From Alphaproteobacteria bacterium (GTDB lineage: Bacteria > Pseudomonadota > Alphaproteobacteria > UBA6615), in assembly GCA_021774445.1 (NCBI GenBank), contig JAJFJA010000056.1:18347-82346 (forward strand): a stretch of DNA of 64,000 nucleotides, in the 5' to 3' direction. Below are positions 38,973 through 48,654 of this stretch, in pieces. The notes under the pieces were generated by a model, which saw only the letters and a program-made list of their open reading frames with translations, made no database searches and had not been told where the DNA came from. Made by a program: the position numbers and the translations under genes. Position 1 is the stretch's first letter. Every line of letters begins with the position of its first letter.

Positions 38973-40117
38973 CTGACACCACCGAGGAAACAGCGGAAGC
39001 GCCCGATGACGACGCGGTGGCTGCCGAGTGGGAAGCCATGGCCGGAGACGATGGCGACGGCGACGGCGGAGGTGACGGCGGAGGTGACGGCGACGATCTC
39101 GCTGCCGATTGGGACGCCATGGCGGATGGCGATGACGAGGAAGAAGGCAATACCGGCCGGGTCCTGGATCAGGACGAAATCGACAGTCTACTCGGCTTTG
39201 ATGGAGATGGTGATGCCGGGGAGACCCATGGCGTCGCCGCGATCATCAACAGCGCGCTCGTCAACTATGAGCGTCTGCCGATGCTGGAGGTCGTGTTCGA
39301 CCGGCTGGTTCGGATGATGACGACCTCGTTGCGTAATTTCACGTCCGACAATGTCGAGGTCAGTATCGACAGCGTGCAGTCGATCCGTTTCGGCGATTAC
39401 CTCAATTCGATCCCACTGCCGGCCATGTTGACTGTGTTCAATGCCGAGGAATGGGACAACTATGCCCTGCTCACGGTCGATAGCTCGCTGATCTACTCGA
39501 TCGTCGATGTGCTGCTGGGCGGTCGCCGCGGCACTGCCGCGATGCGCATCGAAGGCCGGCCGTATACGACTATTGAGCGTAATCTGGTTGAGCGGATGGT
39601 CAATGTGGTGCTGGCTGACCTGTCGGCGGCGTTCGATCCCCTCAGTCCGGTGAACTTCCGCTTCGAACGGCTGGAGACCAATCCGCGGTTCGCGACCATC
39701 GCCCGGCCGGCGAACGCCGGTATCGTCACGCGCATGCGGATCGATATGGAGGATCGTGGCGGGCGTCTCGAGTTAATGCTGCCTTATGCGACCCTCGAAC
39801 CGGTACGCGAGCTGTTGTTGCAGATGTTCATGGGTGAAAAGTTCGGACGGGACTCGATTTGGGAAACCCATCTGGCTAACGAGCTGTGGATGACGGATGT
39901 GAATATCCGGGCGGTGCTCGACGAGCAGACCATGATGCTCGCCGATGTGCTGGCGCTTACGGTCGGGTCACAGTTGTCGCTGAACAGCCAACCGAACACG
40001 GATGTGCAGCTGTATTGCGGCGATGTGCCGATGTTCTCCGGCAAGCTGGGCCGCAAGGGCGGCAACATAGCGGTGCGGCTGGACAATCGGTTGATTGGCG
40101 AACGAGGGACCGACTGA
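38969..40117 (+). CDS. fliM: Flagellar motor switch protein FliM
   Basis: VLDQDEIDSLL (CheY-binding), YERLPMLEVVFDR, LLGG, ETNPRFA; C-terminal SpoA domain. Confidence 0.95.
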   Translation: MTDTTEETAEAPDDDAVAAEWEAMAGDDGDGDGGGDGGGDGDDLAADWDAMADGDDEEEGNTGRVLDQDEIDSLLGFDGDGDAGETHGVAAIINSALVNYERLPMLEVVFDRLVRMMTTSLRNFTSDNVEVSIDSVQSIRFGDYLNSIPLPAMLTVFNAEEWDNYALLTVDSSLIYSIVDVLLGGRRGTAAMRIEGRPYTTIERNLVERMVNVVLADLSAAFDPLSPVNFRFERLETNPRFATIARPANAGIVTRMRIDMEDRGGRLELMLPYATLEPVRELLLQMFMGEKFGRDSIWETHLANELWMTDVNIRAVLDEQTMMLADVLALTVGSQLSLNSQPNTDVQLYCGDVPMFSGKLGRKGGNIAVRLDNRLIGERGTD

Positions 40118-40590
40118 TGACAATGGGCTTGGGGCTCGATGTCCTGGTCTCCGTGCTGTTGGTCGTGATGATCGGTTTCTCGGCATTACTAAGTCGGCGA
40201 CTGAGTAATCTCCGCGATGGCCGCGGGGAGCTTGATGGCGCCATTGCCGCCTTTGCCGCGGCCAGCGAGTCGGCCGAGGCGAGCGTGCAAAAACTCAAAC
40301 GGCATGCGGAAAGCCGCAATAGCGATCTGCAGGAGAGCATCGATTCGGGGCGCGCATTGCGCGACGAGTTGGCCTTTCTGCTGGATCGAGCGGAAGACCA
40401 GTCGAAACGGCTGGATACTCTGATTCGATCAGGGCGGGACAAGGCGGGGTCGTCGTTGGCAGAGAGCGATGCCGGCGCGGCGATTGGAGCGGTCGTGGCG
40501 GCATCGGGCTCAGAACCGGCCGCCGAGCCGGTCGGTCAACGCTCGGAAGCGGAGACTGCGTTATTGAAAACGTTGGCGGGACTGCGCTGA
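40117..40590 (+). CDS. PflI/DUF6468-like membrane-anchored coiled-coil protein
   Basis: N-terminal TM, LSRRL..LR, LRDELAFL; located directly after fliM as in Caulobacter. Confidence 0.65.
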   Translation: MTMGLGLDVLVSVLLVVMIGFSALLSRRLSNLRDGRGELDGAIAAFAAASESAEASVQKLKRHAESRNSDLQESIDSGRALRDELAFLLDRAEDQSKRLDTLIRSGRDKAGSSLAESDAGAAIGAVVAASGSEPAAEPVGQRSEAETALLKTLAGLR

Positions 40591-40630
40591 GACGTCAGTG
40601 CCCTGACCGGCAATTGGGAGGTCCATATTA

Positions 40631-41254
40631 ATGTTATCCGTTCGTCTCTTGCATGTGACGATCGTCGCTGCCGCGCTGCTGTTGGTGGTGCGGCTGGGCG
40701 ATGTCTGGGTCGGTCTGCAGGTCAATGGTGTGGCGCTGGCAGCCCCGTCGGAGACCGACGCGGAGGCGGCGGAGGCCGATAACGAGGAGGCCGACGAGGA
40801 TATTGCGGCCGAAGATAGCGAGTCGATACCAGATGAGTTTACCTTCGAAGAGCTTCAGGTACTGCAGGACCTAGCGAACCGCCGCGAGGCCTTGGAGGAA
40901 CGCGAACGCGAGCTCAACCTGCGTGAGGGCCTGCTGAATGTGGCCGAGCAAAGGATCGAGACAAAGATCGCGAACATGGAAGATTTGCGGAGCGAGATCC
41001 AAGGGTTGCTGCGCGACTACGACGAACAGGAACAGGCGGAACTCAGGAGCGTGGTCAAAATCTATGAGACGATGAAGCCAAAGGATGCGGCTCGTATCTT
41101 GGAGGCGCTGGAAATCACCGTGCTGCTGCCGATTATGGAGCTGATGAAAGAACGATCCAGTGCTTCGGTTCTGGCTGCCATGGATGCCGTCACCGCGCGT
41201 ACAATCACCACCGAACTCGCGCGGCGGAAAGAGATCGATCCGCCGAACGGCTGA
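40631..41254 (+). CDS. motE: MotE-family protein (MgtE N-domain-like)
   Basis: Coiled coil followed by VKIYETMKPKDAARI and MKER....VLAAM. Confidence 0.85.
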   Translation: MLSVRLLHVTIVAAALLLVVRLGDVWVGLQVNGVALAAPSETDAEAAEADNEEADEDIAAEDSESIPDEFTFEELQVLQDLANRREALEERERELNLREGLLNVAEQRIETKIANMEDLRSEIQGLLRDYDEQEQAELRSVVKIYETMKPKDAARILEALEITVLLPIMELMKERSSASVLAAMDAVTARTITTELARRKEIDPPNG

Positions 41255-41336
41255 TGACTTCGATGCCGGCTCGGATCATGAATATTTGCCAAAATTCGGC
41301 CGATCCGAGCGGAAATCCAGATGTGAGAACCGGCAA

Positions 41337-41352
41337 TTTACGCCGTATTAAC
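41337..41352 (+). promoter_or_regulatory. CtrA box upstream of cheY
   Basis: TTTA-CGCCGTA-TTAAC. Confidence 0.5.
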
Positions 41353-41426
41353 TGGATTTATGTTCGATTGTAACGATGAAATCAACACTTGCTTCAGCGC
41401 CGGATTGCTGAGGGTGGAGTAGGAAA

Positions 41427-41813
41427 ATGGCCGTCGATCTCAACATGCCCGTTCTCATAGTCGATGACTATAAGACGATGCTAAGAATTATCCGCAACCT
41501 TCTCAAACAGCTCGGCTTCAACAATGTGGACGAAGCCATGGATGGTGGAGGTGCGCTGGCAAAGCTCCGGCAGAAGGAGTTTGGTCTGGTTATCTCCGAT
41601 TGGAACATGGTGCCGATGACAGGCATCCAGCTCCTCAAGGAGGTACGGGCCGACGAGAAGCTCAAGGCTATGCCCTTCATCATGGTAACGGCCGAGAGCA
41701 AGACCGAGAATGTGGTCGCCGCCAAGGAAGCCGGCGTGTCCAACTATATTGTCAAGCCGTTCAACGCAGCGACGCTGAAGACCAAACTGACCGCAGTAAT
41801 CGGCAACTTCTGA
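41427..41813 (+). CDS. cheY: Chemotaxis response regulator CheY
   Basis: LIVDD, ISDWNM, MVTAE, YIVKPF. Confidence 0.95.
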   Translation: MAVDLNMPVLIVDDYKTMLRIIRNLLKQLGFNNVDEAMDGGGALAKLRQKEFGLVISDWNMVPMTGIQLLKEVRADEKLKAMPFIMVTAESKTENVVAAKEAGVSNYIVKPFNAATLKTKLTAVIGNF

Positions 41814-41842
41814 GTCGATTGAGAAATAGATAGGGCTCAGAA

Positions 41843-42496
41843 ATGGCACAAGATGCAGGCTTAGGTAAGACCGCAGACGGTGGAGAGCTAGTTTTATCAG
41901 ATCATGACGGACTATCTGTTGAAGCAGTGACATCCATCGTGAAAGAGGCACTGGGTACGATGGAAGGCGATATCAACGGACCTGACCTCAGGGTCCTACA
42001 GGAAATTCAGTCGATCTCCGACTATATTGCGAAGTCGAAGCGTGAAGTCGCGGCGATACGGCCGGACAAGATCAGCTCCGAGCACATCCCGGCGGCGACG
42101 GACGAACTCGACGCTATCGTTTTGGCGACCGAGAATGCGACCAATAGCATTATGGAAGCGGCCGAAGTGATCGAGAGCGTGGCCGAGAAATCGGATGCCG
42201 AGACCTCACAGGTCCTAGTCGACGCGGTTACGGCGATCTATGAAGCCTGTGGCTTCCAAGACATCACAGGTCAGCGGATCGGAAAAATCGTCGGCGTCAT
42301 GCAGAATATCGAAACCAAGATCACAGGCCTGGTCGAGGCGTTTTCCGATGAAATCGAGAAACTCAAGGCAGAGATGCCAGACGAGGAAGAGACACCAGAG
42401 GTGTTAGACGATTCCGATTTGCTCAACGGGCCGCAGCTCGAGAATGATGCCCAGTCTCAGGATGAGATTGACCAGCTGCTCGCCAGTTTCGACTGA
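41843..42496 (+). CDS. cheZ: CheZ-like phosphatase
   Basis: ELDAIV.ATE.AT, FQDITGQRI (DxxxQ), LLNGPQ, SQDEIDQLL. Confidence 0.88.
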   Translation: MAQDAGLGKTADGGELVLSDHDGLSVEAVTSIVKEALGTMEGDINGPDLRVLQEIQSISDYIAKSKREVAAIRPDKISSEHIPAATDELDAIVLATENATNSIMEAAEVIESVAEKSDAETSQVLVDAVTAIYEACGFQDITGQRIGKIVGVMQNIETKITGLVEAFSDEIEKLKAEMPDEEETPEVLDDSDLLNGPQLENDAQSQDEIDQLLASFD

Positions 42497-42507
42497 GTCA
42501 ACTCACC

Positions 42508-43203
42508 GTGGTCGCCCGTCATTCCGATGGGTCTGGAGGGCAAGCATCCAGCCGCCCGATCGACAGACGGTCTGGCCTGGTGGCGGTATTGTCCTTGTTT
42601 CTACTGTTGCTGGCGTTCTTCGTGCTGCTCAGTACGCTGTCGCGCTTTGAAGCCACACGCACCAAAGCCGTTCTGGGTAGTCTCGACGCGACTTTCCGGG
42701 CACCGGATCAAGTCGGCTTTGAGCGACGGTTGGAATCCTTGGTCGGCGTGCTGGTCGGCGCGGAACGACTGGAGAATGTCGTCACGGATATCCTGCGCAC
42801 CGCCATCGCCCTCGACACCCACGAATTCCTGCGCGTCGGCGCCGAGTTGACCGCGACGCTGCGCGTATCGGATTTCTTTGAGGCGTCACGAGCGACGGCA
42901 CGCCCTGGCATTATGGAATTGGCAGAGTTGCTGGCGGATGCCGTTGCGGCGCCGCCTGCCGGTCTGCGTTATGAGGTTGACATCCTACTGCATCCGGTCG
43001 TCGACGAGGTCGACCTCGCGGTTCAACGGGCGGATATGTTGGCGAAAATCTTCTCCGATGGCGGCACGCCGGATGACGGCCTCGCGGTTGGGTTGACCAG
43101 CGGTGACACGCGAAACATTCGGTTGGTGTTTCGGGTCCTGCCCTCGGAGTTCGGTGACGGCGTCAGTTTCGGCGCCGATGGCCGCCGGCGAGTCATAAGA
43201 TGA
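42508..43203 (+). CDS. MotB-like protein, degenerate (no conserved TM Asp)
   Basis: TM LSLFLLLLAFFVLL + plug-like segment; OmpA-like remnant LAVQRA. Confidence 0.6.
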   Translation: MVARHSDGSGGQASSRPIDRRSGLVAVLSLFLLLLAFFVLLSTLSRFEATRTKAVLGSLDATFRAPDQVGFERRLESLVGVLVGAERLENVVTDILRTAIALDTHEFLRVGAELTATLRVSDFFEASRATARPGIMELAELLADAVAAPPAGLRYEVDILLHPVVDEVDLAVQRADMLAKIFSDGGTPDDGLAVGLTSGDTRNIRLVFRVLPSEFGDGVSFGADGRRRVIR

Positions 43204-43889
43204 TCGGCGCGTCGGCCAGGCGGCCCGCATCCTCAGACCGGCGCTGGCTGATAACGTTCGCCGATTTGTCGGCGGTCATGCTGGCCTTCTTCGTGCTGAT
43301 GTTCTCGATGTCGGAGGTGGACACCGAAAAATGGGACGGTGCGGTCGACGCCATCAATAGAAGTTTCGATCCGATCAGCGACGAGGAACCGGCAATCCGG
43401 CCGCAAGCGGAACGCAATCTCGAAACGGTTCCGACGGTGCCGGCAACGAACTTGGCCTACTTGGCCGGGCTGCTCGAGAGGCAGACCCGCGATAGACCTG
43501 ACCTCGACCGTGTGCGGATATCGTTGCTGGCGGGGCAGCTCGTCGTCTCTTTCCCCAAAGGCGCCCTGGTGGACGATGCGGATCAACTAACCGCTCAAGG
43601 CAGGTCGGCGCTGTTCGTTCTGAGCGGCTTTCTTGCCGGGATCGATAACGAAATCAATGTGATCGGACACGCCCTGCGGCGACCGGTGCGTGAAATATCG
43701 CCATGGGGCCAGGCGCTTCGGCGTGCGGTGCTGGTAAGCGGCGCGCTGGAGCAAGCCGGGTATCGGCGGCCGATAGAGGCATTGGGCTATGCCTTGGAAC
43801 GCAGAGATCCGGTGTTGCCGGCCCGCAGCAGAGTGGATATCGACGGGCGGATCGATATCGTGGTCATCGAAGATAGGCCGGTCCTATGA
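43200..43889 (+). CDS. motB: MotB-family stator protein
   Basis: WLITFADL...MLAFFVLMFSMS; degenerate OmpA domain (VIGHA, W..ALRRA, RIDIVV). Confidence 0.8.
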   Translation: MIGASARRPASSDRRWLITFADLSAVMLAFFVLMFSMSEVDTEKWDGAVDAINRSFDPISDEEPAIRPQAERNLETVPTVPATNLAYLAGLLERQTRDRPDLDRVRISLLAGQLVVSFPKGALVDDADQLTAQGRSALFVLSGFLAGIDNEINVIGHALRRPVREISPWGQALRRAVLVSGALEQAGYRRPIEALGYALERRDPVLPARSRVDIDGRIDIVVIEDRPVL

Positions 43890-46800
43890 GCAGAGCCCGT
43901 TCCGGTTTGACCGCCGGTTTGGCGGCGATTTTCGTCCTTGGGGCCGTTTTGCCGGCGTTTGCCGCGGAACGGATTGCGCTGCGCGCCTGGCCGCACCCCG
44001 ATTTCGCGCGTCTCGTCTTCGATTGGAAGTCGCCTGTTTCCTACGAGGTGGGGATCGACGGTCGCGTGCTGTCGGTCGTATTCGATCGTGATCTCGAGAC
44101 AAGTTTTGCCGAGGTTCAGACAAATCTGGGGGATCAGATCAGCGAGGCCAGACTTGGCGACGATGGTCGGACGGTACGCTTTACCCTAAAGGCGGATTAT
44201 GAGTTGCGGCATTTCGTGGCCGACGGGTCGGTCGTGTTGGATCTGCTGCAAAGCGGCCCCGAGGCCAAGGCGGATGGTCGTGCCAGCGTGCCGGTCAGAA
44301 CCGGGCAACATGACAAGTTCAGCCGGGTCGTGTTCGATTGGCCGAGTGTCGTCGACTATCAGGTGGCGGAAACAGATGGCGCGGTAACCCTGCGCTTTTC
44401 GCGCCCGGCGACCATCGACCTGTCGGCGGTTACCAGGGATCCGCCGCGCGAGATCGCCAGCGCCGAACAAAGTGACGATAGCGATGCCACCACGGTGGTC
44501 CTAGGGATTACCGCCGGTAGTCGTATCAGGCATTTTCGGGACGGTTTCAAAATTGTCGTTGACGTGCAACGGACGACTGAGCCGGAAATTGAGGATACCA
44601 GCGCGGCGCGGACCGCTGAGCCCGCCGAAGCGGATGAGCAGCCGGCACCGGTTGAGACAGCGCAGACGCCCCCAGAGCCGCCGGTGCAGATTACCGAGGC
44701 GTTGGCGCAACGGCCGGCCGCGGTTCAGGACCGAGAGGTTACGGCGACGAGTGCGACGGCGCCGCCCACACCGCAGGGTACGGAACTTCATGTGGCCTCG
44801 GAGGAGCAAGGTAAGGCGACTGCCGCGCCTACCGCCCTGGTCCCGACGGGCCACGCCGCGGAAGGCGGTTCCGCGCCGGACAGTGTCGATGCCGGACATG
44901 GTGAGGATGAGCCTACCGAGGCTGCCGAGGGCGACGACGACAATGCGGCGCCGGAAGAGTTTGAGGTTACATTTACCCGCTCGGCGGATGGCGGCGTGCT
45001 CTCGTTCCCGTTTCACCGGCGAACGGGGGCGGCGGCGTTTCGGCGCAGCGGGCGGCTTTGGCTCGTCTTCGATACGCCGGCCGCCGTCGATCCGCGGGCG
45101 ATCTTGGATATAGCGCAGGATGTCGTCCTGGGCGTCGAAAAGGTGGTCGTGGACGGTGCCCTGGTGTTGCGGCTGGATACAATACCTGGGTTCAACCCAA
45201 CCCTCGAGACCGATGGCAATGAGTGGCTGGTGACTATTCGGCCGCAGACCCTGGACCCAGCGACGCGGCTGGACGTGACGGTATCCAGTGATGTCGCCGG
45301 GGGCGGCACTGTCGTGGTGCCGGTGGGGGCGGTCAGCAAAAAGGTGACGTTGTCCGACCCGGAAGTCGGCGATCGGATTTCAGTTGTCACGCTCAAAGCG
45401 CCGGGCGTTGGCGTCAGCACGGAAAGATCATTTGTCGGCTTCGCTTTGCTCGAGTCGGCGCAAGGCGTCGCGGTGGTTCCGGCGCGTGATGACATCGAGG
45501 TGCAGGCGAACAGGAAAGGCGTGGTAATTGGCGCCGACGGCGGCCTGGCTATTACCACGGTGCGGGAGCGGTCGCAGATCAAACAGGCGGCCGGGGGTGC
45601 CAACGTGGTGCGGCGCTACTTCGACTTCGACGGCTGGCGCGGCGCCGATGGTCAGTATGAGGAGACCAAACAAGCGTTACAGTTGCACGTTGCCACCACG
45701 GGCGGCGACGACCGCGACGCGGCGCGGCTCGATCTTGCTCGGTTCTATTTCGCGCATGGTCAGTCGGAGCGTGTACTTGGCGTGTTGGCAGCCATAACGC
45801 GCGACGGTGGGACCGCCGGAAGGTCGCCGGAGTTCAAGGCGTTACGGGGTGCCGCCGCCTATTTGGCGAGGCGGTCCGACCTGGCGGCAACGGACCTGGC
45901 GGACCGGCGGCTCGACGATGAGCCGGAAATCGGCCTTTGGCGCGCCGCGTTGACGGCGGATCAAGGCGACTGGCCCGCCGCCGCGGCCGGGCTGCAAGAT
46001 AGCGAACTTTATGTGCAGCGTTATCCCGACGATTTGCGGGCGCAGTTCAGTTTGCTCGGCGCCGATGCGTCGTTGCGGGTTGACGATTCCATCGGGGCGA
46101 AGGCGTGGCTGGAGTCGCTGAGAGGCGTCTCGCTGAACGAGACCGATAACGGTCTTGCAAAGGTCTATCTGGGTATGGTGCTGGCCGACAATGGTCAATT
46201 CGAAGAGGCGATGGAGAAGTTCGATCAAGCCATCGCCGGTGACGACCGAAAAAGCCGCGCCTTGGCGATGTTCGAACGGGCTAATCTGCAGCTTGAGATC
46301 GGTGAGGCGGACGAACAAGAGGTGCTGGGCGACCTCGACCGGCTGCGTTACGCCTGGCGGGGCGACGATCTGGAATTCAGCGTCCTGCGCCGGCTGGGCC
46401 AACTACGGGTCGAGAGCGACGACTATCGCGACGGGCTCCAAATGATGAGACGGGCCGCGGCGAACTACCCGCAGCATCCGGAAGTCGAGGGGCTAACGGA
46501 GTTGATGCAAAAGACGTTCAGCGATCTGTATCTGCATGGTGGCGCCGACGTCATGCCGGCGGTGCGGGCGATCGCTATATTCAACGAGTTTCGCGAGTTG
46601 ACGCCGACCGGTAGCGAAGGCGATGAGATGATCCGGCGGTTGGCGGACCGATTGGTCTCAGTGGATTTGCTGGAGCAAGCGGCTGAGCTGCTAACTCATC
46701 AGATGGAGTTCCGCGTCGAAGGCGAGGAGAAGGCCGGTGTCGGTACCAGGCTCGCCATCTTGCACTTGATGGATCGGCGGCCGGAGGAGGCCTTGCAGGC

Positions 46801-47323
46801 GTTGCGGGACAGCGAAGTCCGCACGATGCCCGCCGCGTTGTTCGATGAGCGGGTGCTTTTGCAGGCGCGCAGCTACTCCGAAATGGGACAGATCGAGGAC
46901 GCCCTCAAGCGGATTGCGCAGGACGATCGTGTTGAAGCGGACCGCCTGCGGGCGGACATATTCATGCGCGTGCAAGACTATCCGCGGGCTGTGGAAGTAT
47001 TGACGCGGCTGGTGGGCGCGGCGCCGGCGGCAGGGCAAGTCCTGGCCGCGGAGCGCAGCGTGCGGGTGTTGAACCTGGCCGTGGCGCTCAATCTTGCCGG
47101 CGACCGCCGCGGCCTCGATACGTTGCGGGAGCGCTTCGGACCGGCGATGGAAACGACGGAATTCGCAAATGATTTTCGGGTGATCGCGTCGAAGGATACG
47201 AACTCTCGCGAGCTGCGAAACGCGTTGAGCCGGGTGGCGGCCGTGGACGACTTCAAAGCCTTCATCGAGGCTTATCGCGACCGGCTGGCACTTCCGGCCG
47301 ATGGTACGACGCTGGTAAATTAA
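43886..47323 (+). CDS. Large exported TPR protein with two N-terminal AMIN-like repeats (putative motor accessory)
   Basis: Signal peptide; H.DFARLVFDW and H.KFSRVVFDW repeats; acidic Pro/Ala linker; TPR-rich C-terminal half (LRYAWRGD.LE, LADRLVSVDLLEQA). Confidence 0.75.
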   Translation: MSRARSGLTAGLAAIFVLGAVLPAFAAERIALRAWPHPDFARLVFDWKSPVSYEVGIDGRVLSVVFDRDLETSFAEVQTNLGDQISEARLGDDGRTVRFTLKADYELRHFVADGSVVLDLLQSGPEAKADGRASVPVRTGQHDKFSRVVFDWPSVVDYQVAETDGAVTLRFSRPATIDLSAVTRDPPREIASAEQSDDSDATTVVLGITAGSRIRHFRDGFKIVVDVQRTTEPEIEDTSAARTAEPAEADEQPAPVETAQTPPEPPVQITEALAQRPAAVQDREVTATSATAPPTPQGTELHVASEEQGKATAAPTALVPTGHAAEGGSAPDSVDAGHGEDEPTEAAEGDDDNAAPEEFEVTFTRSADGGVLSFPFHRRTGAAAFRRSGRLWLVFDTPAAVDPRAILDIAQDVVLGVEKVVVDGALVLRLDTIPGFNPTLETDGNEWLVTIRPQTLDPATRLDVTVSSDVAGGGTVVVPVGAVSKKVTLSDPEVGDRISVVTLKAPGVGVSTERSFVGFALLESAQGVAVVPARDDIEVQANRKGVVIGADGGLAITTVRERSQIKQAAGGANVVRRYFDFDGWRGADGQYEETKQALQLHVATTGGDDRDAARLDLARFYFAHGQSERVLGVLAAITRDGGTAGRSPEFKALRGAAAYLARRSDLAATDLADRRLDDEPEIGLWRAALTADQGDWPAAAAGLQDSELYVQRYPDDLRAQFSLLGADASLRVDDSIGAKAWLESLRGVSLNETDNGLAKVYLGMVLADNGQFEEAMEKFDQAIAGDDRKSRALAMFERANLQLEIGEADEQEVLGDLDRLRYAWRGDDLEFSVLRRLGQLRVESDDYRDGLQMMRRAAANYPQHPEVEGLTELMQKTFSDLYLHGGADVMPAVRAIAIFNEFRELTPTGSEGDEMIRRLADRLVSVDLLEQAAELLTHQMEFRVEGEEKAGVGTRLAILHLMDRRPEEALQALRDSEVRTMPAALFDERVLLQARSYSEMGQIEDALKRIAQDDRVEADRLRADIFMRVQDYPRAVEVLTRLVGAAPAAGQVLAAERSVRVLNLAVALNLAGDRRGLDTLRERFGPAMETTEFANDFRVIASKDTNSRELRNALSRVAAVDDFKAFIEAYRDRLALPADGTTLVN

Positions 47324-47330
47324 CGGCGGA

Positions 47331-48062
47331 TTACCCGAAGCTCTGAACCAGGCTGCCCGCTATCAGGAACCAGCCGTCAATCAGCACAAAAAAGATCAGC
47401 TTGAACGGCAGAGAGATCATGATGGGCGGCAGCATCATCATGCCCATGGACATGAGGATGGACGCGACCACCATGTCGATGACGACGAACGGGATGAACA
47501 ACAAAAAACCAATCTCGAAGGCGCGTCTCAGCTCGGAAATCATGAAGGCGGGGACCAGGGCGCGCAATGGCGTGTCTTCGGGCGCCGCGACTTCTTCGAA
47601 TTCAGCCAGGTCCATGAAAAGACGCAGATCTTGGTCGCGCACATGCAACACCATAAAGGCGTGCAGCGGGGCGAGAGCCCTGTCGATGGCCTCTTCTTCG
47701 GTGATCTCCGCCGCCATCAGAGGGACGATGCCGTCGTTATAGGAGGCCTCTAGCGTGGGCGCCATGATGAACGCGGTGAGGAACAGTGCCAAGCTCACCA
47801 AAACAGTGTTCGGCGGTGTCTGCTGAGTCCCCATCGCGCTGCGTAGAAAAGACAGCACGACGATCACACGGGTGAAGCTGGTGGCCATGACGATTATCGA
47901 TGGCGCCAAGCTCAAGACCGTGAACAGCACGAAGAGCTGGACCACACGACCGGTCGTGGTGCCGGCACCGAAGTCCAGGTTCAGGCTCTGGGCGGTCGCT
48001 GGCGCGGCGAGTACGACCGCGATGAGCAAGCCCAGTGCAGCTTGGCGAACAACGGCGCGCAT
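47331..48062 (-). CDS. fliP: Flagellar export gate protein FliP
   Basis: LSLAPS, TSFTR, QQTPPN, PAFMISEL, MGMMMLPP, LPFKL. Confidence 0.97.
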   Translation of the reverse strand: MRAVVRQAALGLLIAVVLAAPATAQSLNLDFGAGTTTGRVVQLFVLFTVLSLAPSIIVMATSFTRVIVVLSFLRSAMGTQQTPPNTVLVSLALFLTAFIMAPTLEASYNDGIVPLMAAEITEEEAIDRALAPLHAFMVLHVRDQDLRLFMDLAEFEEVAAPEDTPLRALVPAFMISELRRAFEIGFLLFIPFVVIDMVVASILMSMGMMMLPPIMISLPFKLIFFVLIDGWFLIAGSLVQSFG

Positions 48063-48346
48063 CATTTGGAATTGTCGTCCTGGGGAGGCTGAATGCCGGT
48101 CTCGATCACGGTTTCGCGGGTGGGGCTCAAGAGGATGAGATGTTCGACGCCGTCACGACGGATCAGGGCGAGCCGGCGCTTGGGGTCGACGGGCGCGAAT
48201 TCGACGACGCCGATGCGGCCGCCACCGATGCCGGTCGCGGCCCGCATGCCCATGCCATAGCGGCGCAGGAGCCATGAAAGGCCGGCGATCAGCGCCAGGA
48301 CGAAGGCGAAGGCGCCGAGGAAACGGAAAATACCGATAATGTCCAT
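48062..48346 (-). CDS. fliO: Flagellar protein FliO
   Basis: N-terminal TM; DPKRRLALIRRDGVEHLILL. Confidence 0.9.
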   Translation of the reverse strand: MDIIGIFRFLGAFAFVLALIAGLSWLLRRYGMGMRAATGIGGGRIGVVEFAPVDPKRRLALIRRDGVEHLILLSPTRETVIETGIQPPQDDNSK

Positions 48347-48362
48347 AAGTTCGGAGAGTTGG

Positions 48363-48647
48363 CTATTCGGCCGCTTCTTCCGGCACGATCGTGGCGTCTG
48401 CCGCCGCTTTGGTTTCTTCGAGGTCGTCCCTGGCCGCGTTCAGGCGGTCCAAGAGTGTGACGAGTTCGCGCTTGATTTCCTGAAGATCCGCTTCCGGCAG
48501 GGCTAATGCCGCCTTGCAGGCATGGTCGATGGTGCCGTTGAAATTTTGCAGATCCATCGGCTCGCCATTGGCGACCGAGGTATTGAATTCATCCACCAGG
48601 CGGTTGGCCTCGGCCAACATCCCTTTGGCCGTCTCAAGTGCGCTCAT
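48363..48647 (-). CDS. Small helical hypothetical protein
   Basis: 94-aa ORF from MSALE with GAGAG RBS, co-oriented between the FlhB-C gene and fliO. Confidence 0.65.
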   Translation of the reverse strand: MSALETAKGMLAEANRLVDEFNTSVANGEPMDLQNFNGTIDHACKAALALPEADLQEIKRELVTLLDRLNAARDDLEETKAAADATIVPEEAAE

Positions 48648-48654
48648 TGGGCTC

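Noticed and set aside
41427..42496. cheY-cheZ without cheA as a novelty
   Set aside because: Orphan cheY-cheZ pairs near flagellar genes are known in alphaproteobacteria; the kinase is probably encoded elsewhere
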